Below, piece by piece: positions 22,987 through 30,856 of a stretch of 32,000 nt of DNA. Position numbers and translations under genes: made by a program. Within the stretch, counting starts at the first letter, position 1; every line of letters starts with the position of its first letter. Origin of the DNA: Streptomyces sp. NPDC041068 (GTDB lineage: Bacteria; Actinomycetota; Actinomycetes; Streptomycetales; Streptomycetaceae); contig NZ_JBEZCG010000012.1 of assembly GCF_040647455.1 (NCBI RefSeq), forward strand, positions 315,498 through 347,497. The letters run 5' to 3'. Under the pieces are notes generated by a model. That model saw nothing but the letters and a program-made list of their open reading frames with translations. It was not told where the DNA came from and did no database searches.

Positions 22987-24804
22987 ATGACCGAGGCGAG
23001 CGCGGTGTTCCAGCCGCTGCAGGCGGACGATCCGTCCGTGGTGGCCGGCTACCGTCTGGCCGCCCGGCTGGGCGCGGGCGGCATGGGCCGGGTCTACCTG
23101 TCGCACACCCAGGGCGGCAGGGCGGTGGCGATCAAGGTCGTACGCCCCGAGCTGGCCGACGACCCCGCCTTCCGGCGCCGTTTCCGCCGGGAGATGGAGG
23201 CCGCGCGGCGGGTCAGGGGCGCGTACACCGCCGAGCTGATCGACGGCGACGCGGACGGCGCACCGCCCTGGCTGGCCACGCTGTACGTACCCGGTCCCTC
23301 CTTGGCGGAGGCCGTCGGCCTGCGCGGTCCCCTGCCGGTGCCCGCGGTGCTCTGGCTGGTGGCGGGGATCGCCGAGGCACTGCAGGCCATCCATGGCGCG
23401 GGGGTCGTCCACCGCGACCTGAAGCCGTCGAACGTCCTGCTCTCCTCCGACGGGCCGCGCGTCATCGACTTCGGCATCTCGCTGGCCTCCGGCGTCAGTT
23501 CGTACACCGCCACGGGGGCCGCCGTCGGCACGCCCCAGTTCATGGCTCCCGAGCAGGCGACCGGCGGTTCGGTCACGGAGGCGACCGACGTCTTCGCGCT
23601 GGGCCAGACCGCGGCGTTCGCGGTGCTCGGCGAGTCGCTGTACGGGGACGGCCCCGCGGTCAGCGTGCTGTACCGGATCGTCCACTCCGACCCCGACCTG
23701 TCCGTGCTGCCCGAGCAGCTGCGCCCCCTCATCGCGCGGTGCATGGCCGCCGACCCGGCGGAGCGGGCCACTCTGGCGGAGATCGTCGAGTGGTGCCGTC
23801 AGCGGCTGGGCGGCGCGGCGGACGCGGGAGCGGGGCCGGCCGTCTGGCGGGAGGCCATGGGCCCGGAGGTGACGGTCCCGCCCCCGGTCCCCGAGCCCAC
23901 CCCGGCGTACCCGATGCCGGTGCCCACGCAGTTCCTGCCGACGGGTCAGCACCCGGTGGGCCAGCACCCTGCGGGAACGTATCCAGCGGGTCAGTATCCG
24001 GTGGGCCGGCACCCAGCAGGCCCGCATCCGGCAGGCCTGTTTCCCGCAGGCCTGCATCCGACGGCCCCGGACGGCTCGCCGTCGCGAAGACGCCGTACCA
24101 AGCTGGCCGTCGCCGCGGGAGCGACGGCGGGCGTACTGGTGCTCACGGCGCTGGCATGGACGGTGGCGGACGCGACGAGCCTCTTCCGAGGCCGAGGCAA
24201 GGACGAGGCATCGGGAACCCACCGGAGCGGGTCGACCGAGCCGTCGGCGCCGTCGGCGGGCTCCGACTCGGCGTCGGAGTCGAAGTCCGGTGGCAAGAAG
24301 TCGGACGAGTCATCCGCCGACGACTCTGCCTCCGACTCCGACTCCGACTCCGGCTCGGACTCCGACGAAGGATCAAAGAAAGGCTCGGGAAAGTCCGGTT
24401 CTCCTGCCGACGCCCTGAATTCGACGCAGGGTGAGCCCTACCCCGGCCAGTGGCTGGACGCGAAGAACTCGCTCAGCCTCAGGGAGCCGGCCCAGCGCGA
24501 GGACCGCAAGGGGGACATCCGTTTCACCTGCGCGCATGACGCGGGCTGCGCGTTGGAGAGCGACACCAGCGTGCTCCACCTGCGGTACGCCAAGCCGGGC
24601 GCCGACCTCGACACATGCCGCTTCGAACTCACCGGCGCGAAGGAACACCGCCTCCCGCTGGCCGCGGCGGCGGCAGGCAGCGAGATCTGCGTCAAGCACC
24701 GCAACGGAGACATAGCCCTGCTCTCGCTCCAGGTGAAGTCGACCGCGATGCCTGATATCGCCTTCCTGACCACGGACATGACGGTGTGGCGACGGGCGGA
24801 CTAG
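22987..24804 (+). CDS. Receptor-type Ser/Thr protein kinase with repeat-rich linker and a Cys4 C-terminal ectodomain
   Basis: ATG at 22987, preceded by GGGGGAG. GAGGMGRVY, VAIKVV, HRDLKPSNV, DFGIS, FMAPEQ. Pentapeptide repeats at 23944-24063. TM helix about 24100-24168. S/D-rich acidic tract about 24199-24420. A 125-aa C-terminal domain with 4 Cys. Confidence 0.9.
   Translation: MTEASAVFQPLQADDPSVVAGYRLAARLGAGGMGRVYLSHTQGGRAVAIKVVRPELADDPAFRRRFRREMEAARRVRGAYTAELIDGDADGAPPWLATLYVPGPSLAEAVGLRGPLPVPAVLWLVAGIAEALQAIHGAGVVHRDLKPSNVLLSSDGPRVIDFGISLASGVSSYTATGAAVGTPQFMAPEQATGGSVTEATDVFALGQTAAFAVLGESLYGDGPAVSVLYRIVHSDPDLSVLPEQLRPLIARCMAADPAERATLAEIVEWCRQRLGGAADAGAGPAVWREAMGPEVTVPPPVPEPTPAYPMPVPTQFLPTGQHPVGQHPAGTYPAGQYPVGRHPAGPHPAGLFPAGLHPTAPDGSPSRRRRTKLAVAAGATAGVLVLTALAWTVADATSLFRGRGKDEASGTHRSGSTEPSAPSAGSDSASESKSGGKKSDESSADDSASDSDSDSGSDSDEGSKKGSGKSGSPADALNSTQGEPYPGQWLDAKNSLSLREPAQREDRKGDIRFTCAHDAGCALESDTSVLHLRYAKPGADLDTCRFELTGAKEHRLPLAAAAAGSEICVKHRNGDIALLSLQVKSTAMPDIAFLTTDMTVWRRAD
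23944..24063 (+). repeat. Eight tandem 15-nt (pentapeptide) repeats inside the kinase gene
   Basis: GQHPV GQHPA GTYPA GQYPV GRHPA GPHPA GLFPA GLHPT: an imperfect x-aromatic/His-Pro-Ala/Val-Gly periodicity. Confidence 0.8.
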
Positions 24805-25131
24805 GGATCCTCCGGGCGGACGTGTCCGGCGCCGTCGCCCAGGGCCTCCTCGGCGCCGGGTGAGCGTGCGGTTGATGCCGATGCGGTGACCGAGCACGGC
24901 ACCTTCGCCGACAAACGCGTGCGTCACCTCGCAGTTGAACCCCACGGCGGCACCCGCGCCGATGACGTAGCCGTCACGGACCGTGGTGAATTCCCAGCCC
25001 CGAGCGCTCGGCCTGATGATGACGTCGTCACCGACCAGCGCGGTGGGGTGAATGTGGGCGCTGGGGTGGATGCGGTTGGGGGCAGGGGGGCGGCTAGAGG
25101 TAGTCGCCAAGGAGAAGCGGGCGGATGGCAT
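24801..25131 (-). pseudogene. Truncated left-handed beta-helix (hexapeptide-repeat) acyltransferase remnant
   Basis: From the ATG at 25131: ..IHPSAHIHPTALVGDDVIIRPSARGWEFTTVRDGYVIGAGAAVGFNCEVTHAFVGEGAVLGHRIGIN.. looks like the first ~88 aa of a sugar N-acyltransferase (WbpD/QdtC-like). Similarity is lost near 24868 and the frame then runs antisense into the kinase gene. A shifted frame ends at a TAG (24801-24803) overlapping the kinase stop. Confidence 0.4.
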
Positions 25132-25226
25132 CGAGTGCTCATTCGAACGGGACCTGGACGGTCAGAGGCCGAGCGGTGAACAGCTAGGCTCACTTTCTCC
25201 GTCGCCGTCGAGAGGGAGTCCGTGCT

Positions 25227-26111
25227 GTGGAGCTGCCGCGCCTTGGGGTCGTGATCGTGACCATGGGCAACCGGCCGCGCGAGGTCGACGAGCTGCTTGC
25301 GTCGGTGGCCAAGCAGGACGTGCCGCCCGCGCGCATCGTGATCGTCGGCAACGGGTCGCCGCTGCCGGACTTTCCGGGCCTGCCCGGCGAGGTGACGGTC
25401 ATCGAGAACGAGGAGAACCTGGGTTGCCCCGGCGGCCGCAACACCGGCATCGCCAGGCTCCGGGAGTTCGGTGACATCGACGTCGTGGTCGAGCTGGACG
25501 ACGACGGCCTCCTCGTCCAGGACGACGTCTTTCGACGGATCCGTGATCTTTTCACCGCCGACCCGGGCTTGGGCATCGTCGGCTTCCGGATCGCCGACGA
25601 ACACGGTGAGACCGCCCGCCGTCACATCCCGCGCCTGCGCGCGAAGGACCCCATGCGGCGCGGCCTGGTGACCGCGTTCCTCGGCGGCGGACACGCCTTC
25701 GCGATGCCGATGCTGGACCGGATCGGCGACTGGCCAGCGGAGTTCTTCTTCACCCATGAGGAGACCGACCTGGCCTGGCGGGCCCTGGACGACGGATGGA
25801 AGATCCTCTACGAGCCGGAACTGCTGCTGCGGCACCCCAAGACCTCCCCGGCCCGGCACGCGGTCTACTACCGGATGACCGCCCGCAACCGGGTCTGGCT
25901 GGCCCGCCGTCATCTGCCTGCCCTCCTCGTGCCGGTGTACCTGGGGGTGTGGATCCTGCTCACGCTCGCCCGGACCCGCTCGGCGGCCGGACTGAAGGCG
26001 TGGGCCGGAGGATTCGCCGAGGGGCTGCGCACTCCGTGCGGAAGGCGTCGGCCGATGCGGTGGCGGACCGTGTTCCGTATGACGCGCCTCGGCCGTCCCC
26101 CGGTGATCTGA
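25227..26111 (+). CDS. Family 2 glycosyltransferase
   Basis: GTG at 25227, with AGGGAG at 25213-25218. LGVVIVTMGNRPREVDELLASVAKQD, ENLGCPGGRNTG, VELDDDG (DxD), and a C-terminal hydrophobic segment. Confidence 0.85.
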   Translation: MELPRLGVVIVTMGNRPREVDELLASVAKQDVPPARIVIVGNGSPLPDFPGLPGEVTVIENEENLGCPGGRNTGIARLREFGDIDVVVELDDDGLLVQDDVFRRIRDLFTADPGLGIVGFRIADEHGETARRHIPRLRAKDPMRRGLVTAFLGGGHAFAMPMLDRIGDWPAEFFFTHEETDLAWRALDDGWKILYEPELLLRHPKTSPARHAVYYRMTARNRVWLARRHLPALLVPVYLGVWILLTLARTRSAAGLKAWAGGFAEGLRTPCGRRRPMRWRTVFRMTRLGRPPVI

Positions 26112-26356
26112 GGGCCTACGCGGCGGTCGGGGAGTCGCGGAGCCGGCCCAGGATCGCCTGCGGTGTGCGCGTCTCACCGATCCACCGTATGACCTCGGGA
26201 TCGGCGTTCACGGCAGTCACGGGCATTCTGGTTCATCAACTGGCGTGCCTCCATCCTCATCAGTGCCGTGGCGAAATGCGTTCGCCGGGGCGGTAGTTGG
26301 AGCGGTTGGATGCGTGGGGCGACTCCGATCCGCCGAAGTGCCCAGAGGGCACACCC

Positions 26357-26647
26357 GTGAGCATCCGTACGACGCACCGCGCTCTGCTGAGCCGTCTGCT
26401 GCCCGACGACGAACCGGACGACCTCGCGGTACGGCAGGGGCAGTTCCGCATCGTGGTGATCGGCTCGGACCGTGTCGTGTGCCTGCCCCGCACTCGGGCC
26501 GCGGCCGCCCGGCTGCCCGCGCGGGCAGCCGTCCTGGACGCACTCGCCGGGCTCGGCCTCGGCCTCGGCCCTGCAGCAAGCCCTCTACGCCCCCTCCGTG
26601 ACGGCGACGAAGAAGAGCTCGCGGACGGCCTGGCCGACTACCGCTGA
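26357..26647 (+). pseudogene. N-lobe-only fragment of an APH-type phosphotransferase
   Basis: ..LLSRLLPDDEPDDLAVRQGQFRIVVIGSDRVVCLPRTRAAAARLPARAAVLDALAGLGLGLG.. resembles the N-terminal roughly 90 aa of the phosphotransferase enzyme family. The catalytic HxDxxxxN/DxD half is absent and the ORF stops at 26647. Confidence 0.4.
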
Positions 26648-26670
26648 GGTGCATTCAGAGGTGCATTCAC
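26647..26670 (+). repeat. 12-nt tandem direct repeat upstream of the DeoR gene
   Basis: aggtgcattca at 26647-26657 and again at 26659-26669, period 12. An 8-bp palindrome gttcgaac follows at 26720-26727. Confidence 0.85.
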
Positions 26671-26749
26671 AGGACTGGCGAGCTCCTACTGCGTCTCCGT
26701 AGGTCACAGGATGGTGTGCGTTCGAACATCTCTGTGTTAGAAATGAGCC

Positions 26750-27535
26750 ATGGGTGTAGCCAATCGTTTGGACCTGACCCTGCGGCTGGTGCAGGGCTCC
26801 GACCGGATTTCCGTGTCGGAGCTCTCCCAGCGCCTGGGTGTCTCCGAGATGACCGTCCGCCGTGATCTCGACACGCTCGAGCGCCGAGGTCTCGTGCGGC
26901 GTGTGCACGGCGGTGCCGTGGCCGTCCGCCCGCCCGAAGGGGGCGAGGGCTTCGACGCCCGGGAGTCGTGGCAGGCCGCGACCAAGGACCGGCTCGGCGC
27001 GGCCGTCGCCGCGCTCGTGGAACCCGGTTCCCGCGTACTCCTTGACGCGGGGACCACCACCGCGCACGTGGCCGAACACCTGGCCGCCCGGGCTCCGTTG
27101 ACCGTCGCCGTGCTGAGCCTGCAGGCGGCGGTACGGCTGGCCGACCGGCCCGACATCGAGCTGCTCGTCATCGGCGGGCGCTCACGTCAGGGCGAGCGTT
27201 CCCTGGTGGGGCCGCTGGCCCTGCGCGCCCTGGAGTCGCTGGCCTTCGACTGCTTCGTGATGTCCATCGGCGGTGTCCACGCCGAGCACGGCTGGTCGGA
27301 GTTCTCGCTGGACGACGCGGCCGTCAAACAGGTCGGCCTCGCCCAGGCCGCCCGCACCATCGCGGTCGCCGACGCCACCAAGCTCGGCGTCCGCGCCTTC
27401 AGCCAGGTCGCCCCGCTCGGCGCCGTCGATTGCTTCGTCACGGACGCGGCCGCCGACGACGAGGCCACCCACCCCAACGGCCCGCAGTCCCTGAGGGCCT
27501 TGCGGAAGGCGGGCGTCGAGACCCTCCTGGTCTGA
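26750..27535 (+). CDS. DeoR-family transcriptional regulator
   Basis: N-terminal HTH (RISVSELSQRLGVSEMTVRRDLDTLERRGLVRRVHGGAV) and a DeoR C-terminal sensor domain (..LLDAGTTT..VIGG..LVGP..FDCFVMSIGGV..). Confidence 0.9.
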   Translation: MGVANRLDLTLRLVQGSDRISVSELSQRLGVSEMTVRRDLDTLERRGLVRRVHGGAVAVRPPEGGEGFDARESWQAATKDRLGAAVAALVEPGSRVLLDAGTTTAHVAEHLAARAPLTVAVLSLQAAVRLADRPDIELLVIGGRSRQGERSLVGPLALRALESLAFDCFVMSIGGVHAEHGWSEFSLDDAAVKQVGLAQAARTIAVADATKLGVRAFSQVAPLGAVDCFVTDAAADDEATHPNGPQSLRALRKAGVETLLV

Positions 27536-27587
27536 CTCGTCCAACTGGTTTGACGTCACGTCACCTTCGCTTCAAGGAAGTGCTCTT

Positions 27588-28010
27588 GTGGAAACCCCTG
27601 CCCCTGGCCGAACCACCGACCCGAACCAAACCCCCGCCCCCGACCACTCGTTGATGATCCTCGTCGCAGGCCCCTACCGCTCGGGCACAGGCGACGACCC
27701 CCGCAAGCTCGAAGCGAACGTCAGAGCAATGAACGACGTCGCGCTGCGGCTGTTCCGCGCCGGTCATCTCGGCGTCACGGGGGAGGCCCTGGCACTGCCC
27801 CTGCTGGAGGCGGCGGGAAGCGCCGGCCCCGGCGACACCGCGTACGAAGAGATCTTCCACCCCGTGGCCGAACAACTCCTCGCCCGTTGCGACGCGGTCC
27901 TGCGCATCGGTGGCCCCTCCGAAGGCGCGGACCTGATGGTCACCCGGGCCCGCGCACGCGGCAAGGCCGTCTACACGAGCCTCGACGACGTACCGGCCGC
28001 CGCCCGATGA
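27588..28010 (+). CDS. Nucleoside 2-deoxyribosyltransferase-like (DUF4406-like) small protein
   Basis: GTG at 27588, with AAGGAAG 7 nt upstream. The core MILVAGPYRSG..(helix)..RLFRAGHLGV..ARCDAVLRIGGPSEGADLMVTRARARGKAVYTSLDDVP fits the NDT/DUF4406 pattern (AGPY..., cDavv..g.S.GA..E...A...Gk.Vy). This is a family assignment from memory. Its stop overlaps the next start (ATGA). Confidence 0.55.
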   Translation: METPAPGRTTDPNQTPAPDHSLMILVAGPYRSGTGDDPRKLEANVRAMNDVALRLFRAGHLGVTGEALALPLLEAAGSAGPGDTAYEEIFHPVAEQLLARCDAVLRIGGPSEGADLMVTRARARGKAVYTSLDDVPAAAR

Positions 28011-28675
28011 CCGCGGGCATCGACACCCCGGACCGCCGGGGGCGCACGCAACTCGACCAGCACGGCCGCGACGTGACCGGCAACCCGCGCGTACGCATCC
28101 ATGACGTGGAGGTGCTGTCCTGCGACTGGTACGTCCTGCGCAAGACCACGTTCGACTACCAGCACTCCGACGGCCACTGGAGCCGTGAGCAGCGCGAGAC
28201 GTACGACCGCGGTGACGGCGCCACGATCCTGCTCCACGACACGGACCGCCAAAGCGTCCTGCTGACACGGCAGTTCAGGCTGCCCGCCTACGTCAACCAA
28301 CACCCCGACGGCATGCTCGTCGAAACCGCAGCGGGCCTGCTGGACGGCGACAGCCCCGAGGAGGCCATCCGCAGGGAGGCGGCCGAGGAGACGGGTCACA
28401 CGGTCGGCACCCCGGAGCGCGTCTTCGACGTCTACATGAGCCCTGGCTCGGTCACCGAACGTCTCCACTTCTTCGCGGCCCCCTACGGGCCGGGCACCGC
28501 CACCTCCGCGCCCGGCGGCATCGCGGCGGAAGGCGAGGACATCGCCGCGGTGGAACTGCCCTTCCGTAAGGCACTCGCGATGATCCGCAGCGGCGAGATC
28601 GCCGACGCGAAGACCATCATGCTGCTCCAATGGGCGGCGCTGGACGGCCCGTTCAGGCACATCCGGGCCGACTGA
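28007..28675 (+). CDS. nudK: Nudix hydrolase, NudK (GDP-mannose / nucleoside-diphosphate-sugar pyrophosphatase) type
   Basis: ATG at 28007. ..RETYDRGDGATILLHDTDRQSVLLTRQFRLPAYV..ETAAGLLDGDSPEEAIRREAAEETGH (Nudix box)..YMSPGSVTERLHFF..ELPFRKALAMIRSGEIADAKTIMLLQW matches my recollection of E. coli NudK along the whole length. Confidence 0.8.
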   Translation: MTAGIDTPDRRGRTQLDQHGRDVTGNPRVRIHDVEVLSCDWYVLRKTTFDYQHSDGHWSREQRETYDRGDGATILLHDTDRQSVLLTRQFRLPAYVNQHPDGMLVETAAGLLDGDSPEEAIRREAAEETGHTVGTPERVFDVYMSPGSVTERLHFFAAPYGPGTATSAPGGIAAEGEDIAAVELPFRKALAMIRSGEIADAKTIMLLQWAALDGPFRHIRAD

Positions 28676-28720
28676 CGGCAGGCTGCGGCTCCCGGGCGCG
28701 GTGGTGATCCCGCTGTCCGG

Positions 28721-29437
28721 TCAGACGGCGGTGCCCTGGTCGAGACCGCCGCGCAGACAGCAGCGTACGAAGTCCTGGACGACCGGGTTGTCGTCGTCGC
28801 CCGGGGCCCAGGCGACCGCGAGCCGACTGGGACTGACGCCGCTGACCGGGCGGTAGGTGATGCCGGGGCGGGCGTAGAAGCGAGCGGACGACGCGGGGGC
28901 CAGCGCGATCCCGTAACCACTGGCGATGGCGCTGAGCCAGTCGTCGGGCTGGTCGGTGACGGCGCCGACGCGGACCGGGTGCCCGTCGCGCTCGTCGGCG
29001 GCCAGCCAGTAGTCGCGCCACGCGCCGGTCTCGGGCGGCGCCGCCACGAACGGCTCGCACAGCTCCCGGAAGACGATGGCATCGCGCGAGGCGAGCGGGT
29101 GGTCGGAGGGCAGGACGACCCACCGCGGCTCGGTGGACAGCACCTCGACGCGCAGCTGCTCCTCGCCGGGGAAGGGCGGGCGCAGCAGGGCCACGTCGAC
29201 ATTGACGTCGGCGAGCCCGGCCGTCGGGTCGGACCAGCTGGCCTGCCGCATGTCCGCCCGCCACCCGGGGCGAAGGCGGGTGAACTCGGCGACGATGCCG
29301 GGCGTCGCCTCGTTCGCGGCGCCGGCCAGGAACCCGACGCGCAGCACACGGTCGGCCCGGCTCGCCGCGCTCTTGGTCTCCCGCAGCGTCGCGTCCTACT
29401 CGGCCAGGAGCCCCGGCACGCGTTCCGCTCCGCCAGG
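28721..29437 (-). pseudogene. LysR-family regulator remnant: intact effector domain, in-frame TAG, HTH deleted
   Basis: Effector domain ORF 28721..29347 (LRVGFLAGAANE..). The same frame upstream reads PGGAERVPGLLAE*DATLRETKSAASRADRV, with a TAG at 29396-29398 and a TAA at 29438-29440. No HTH-coding sequence remains before the DoxX gene at 29526. Confidence 0.6.
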
Positions 29438-29525
29438 TTAGAGAAGCTGGTATTGGACGCAAGGTGGGAGGAGGACGAGGCTGGGTGACAGGGGAGCCGA
29501 CACTTTTCGGGCAAGGGAGGGGCGC

Positions 29526-29873
29526 GTGCACACCGCGTACCTGATCGTCACCGCCATCACGATCCTGGCCAACGCAGGGATCGTCGCCGCCGACGTGGCG
29601 AAGGCGAAGTTCGTCCTGGACAACTCGGCCGAGGTGAACCTGCCGAGTTCCTGGATCCCGTGGCTGGCCGCGCTCAAGGCGGCAGGGGCCCTGGGCCTGT
29701 TGCTCGGTCTCGTGGGGTACCGCCCGCTGGGCGTGGCCGCCGCGACGGGCCTGGTGCTGTTCTACGTGGGCGCCGTCGCGGCGCACGTCCGGGCCCGCGT
29801 CTTCTACAACATCGCTTTCCCCGGTGCCTTCTTGGCGCTGGCGGTGGCCTCGCTGGTCCTGGCCGCGGCTTGA
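29526..29873 (+). CDS. DoxX-family small membrane protein
   Basis: GTG at 29526, preceded by GGGAGGGG. The 115-aa product has 4 hydrophobic segments (..WLAALKAAGALGLLLGL..LVLFYVGAVAAHVRA..), typical of the DoxX-like family. Confidence 0.6.
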   Translation: MHTAYLIVTAITILANAGIVAADVAKAKFVLDNSAEVNLPSSWIPWLAALKAAGALGLLLGLVGYRPLGVAAATGLVLFYVGAVAAHVRARVFYNIAFPGAFLALAVASLVLAAA

Positions 29874-29887
29874 GCGCGGATCTTGGC

Positions 29888-30784
29888 CTACGATCCCTGG
29901 CTGACGGCCGCCAAGAGGTTCGCGACCAGCGGGTCCGGATCGTTCGCTCGCCAGGCGACGGCGACCCGCGTGCGAGCGGTGTCGGGCCGGATCTCGCGGA
30001 AGGCGACGCCGTGGAGACGGATGCGCCGGATGCTGGCCGGGGCCAGCGAGACACCGAGCCCGGCGCCGACCAGCCCGCAGACGGTCTGCCACTCCACGGC
30101 ATGCTGGGCGACCCGGAGGGTGAACCCCGCCGAGGAGCACAGCCCGGAGATCTGGTCGTACAGCCGAGGTCCCACCGCACGCGGCAGGAGCACGAATGAC
30201 TCGTCCGCCAACTGCTCCACGCGTACGGTGCGTTGGGTGGTGAGGGGATGGGCGGACGGCAGGACGGCCACGAAGCGTTCCGTGAGCACGGTCTCGAAGC
30301 GAAGCTCCGAATCGTCGGCGGGCGGCTCGCGCACCAGCCCGACGTCGATGCTCTGTTCACGCAGGGCGGCGAGCTGCGGGGCGGTCGTCATCTCATGGAT
30401 GTCCAGTTGTACGTCGGGGAATTGGTGCCGATACGTACGCAGCAGGCCGGGCAGCACGGTCAGGGCGAGCGAGGCGGCGAAGCCGATCCGCAGACGCCCC
30501 GCGCGCCCACTCCCGACGGCGCGAGCCGCGGTGAGCCCGTCCGCAAGGCCGGTCAGGACTCGCTGGGCGGCGGGCAACAGCTCACGCCCCGCCGCGGTGA
30601 GAGTGACGGTTCCTGGCGCACGGTGGAACAACAAGTGCCCCACTTTCTCTTCAAGCCGGCGGATCTGCTGACTCAGCGGGGGCTGCGCGATGCCCAGGCG
30701 GGCGGCGGCCCGGCCGAAGTGGAGTTCCTCGGCGAGCACGACGAAGGCGTGCAACTGGGGGAGGGGAAGTTCGGGACGCTCCAT
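29888..30784 (-). CDS. LysR-family transcriptional regulator
   Basis: ATG at 30784: MERPELPLPQLHAFVVLAEELHFGRAAARLGIAQPPLSQQIRRLEEKVGHLLFHR, plus an effector domain. Divergent from the RidA gene. Confidence 0.9.
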   Translation of the reverse strand: MERPELPLPQLHAFVVLAEELHFGRAAARLGIAQPPLSQQIRRLEEKVGHLLFHRAPGTVTLTAAGRELLPAAQRVLTGLADGLTAARAVGSGRAGRLRIGFAASLALTVLPGLLRTYRHQFPDVQLDIHEMTTAPQLAALREQSIDVGLVREPPADDSELRFETVLTERFVAVLPSAHPLTTQRTVRVEQLADESFVLLPRAVGPRLYDQISGLCSSAGFTLRVAQHAVEWQTVCGLVGAGLGVSLAPASIRRIRLHGVAFREIRPDTARTRVAVAWRANDPDPLVANLLAAVSQGS

Positions 30785-30856
30785 ACGCACAGAGATATCA
30801 CTCCATCCCATTCGGCGTATTAGACGTATCCCCCCTGCTCACATAGCGTGCGCCGC

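Noticed and set aside
27550-27555. TTGACG as a -35 box for an internal promoter of the NDT-like/Nudix genes
   Set aside because: No TANNNT-type -10 lies at 16-19 nt spacing (the sequence there is ttcaag/caagga).
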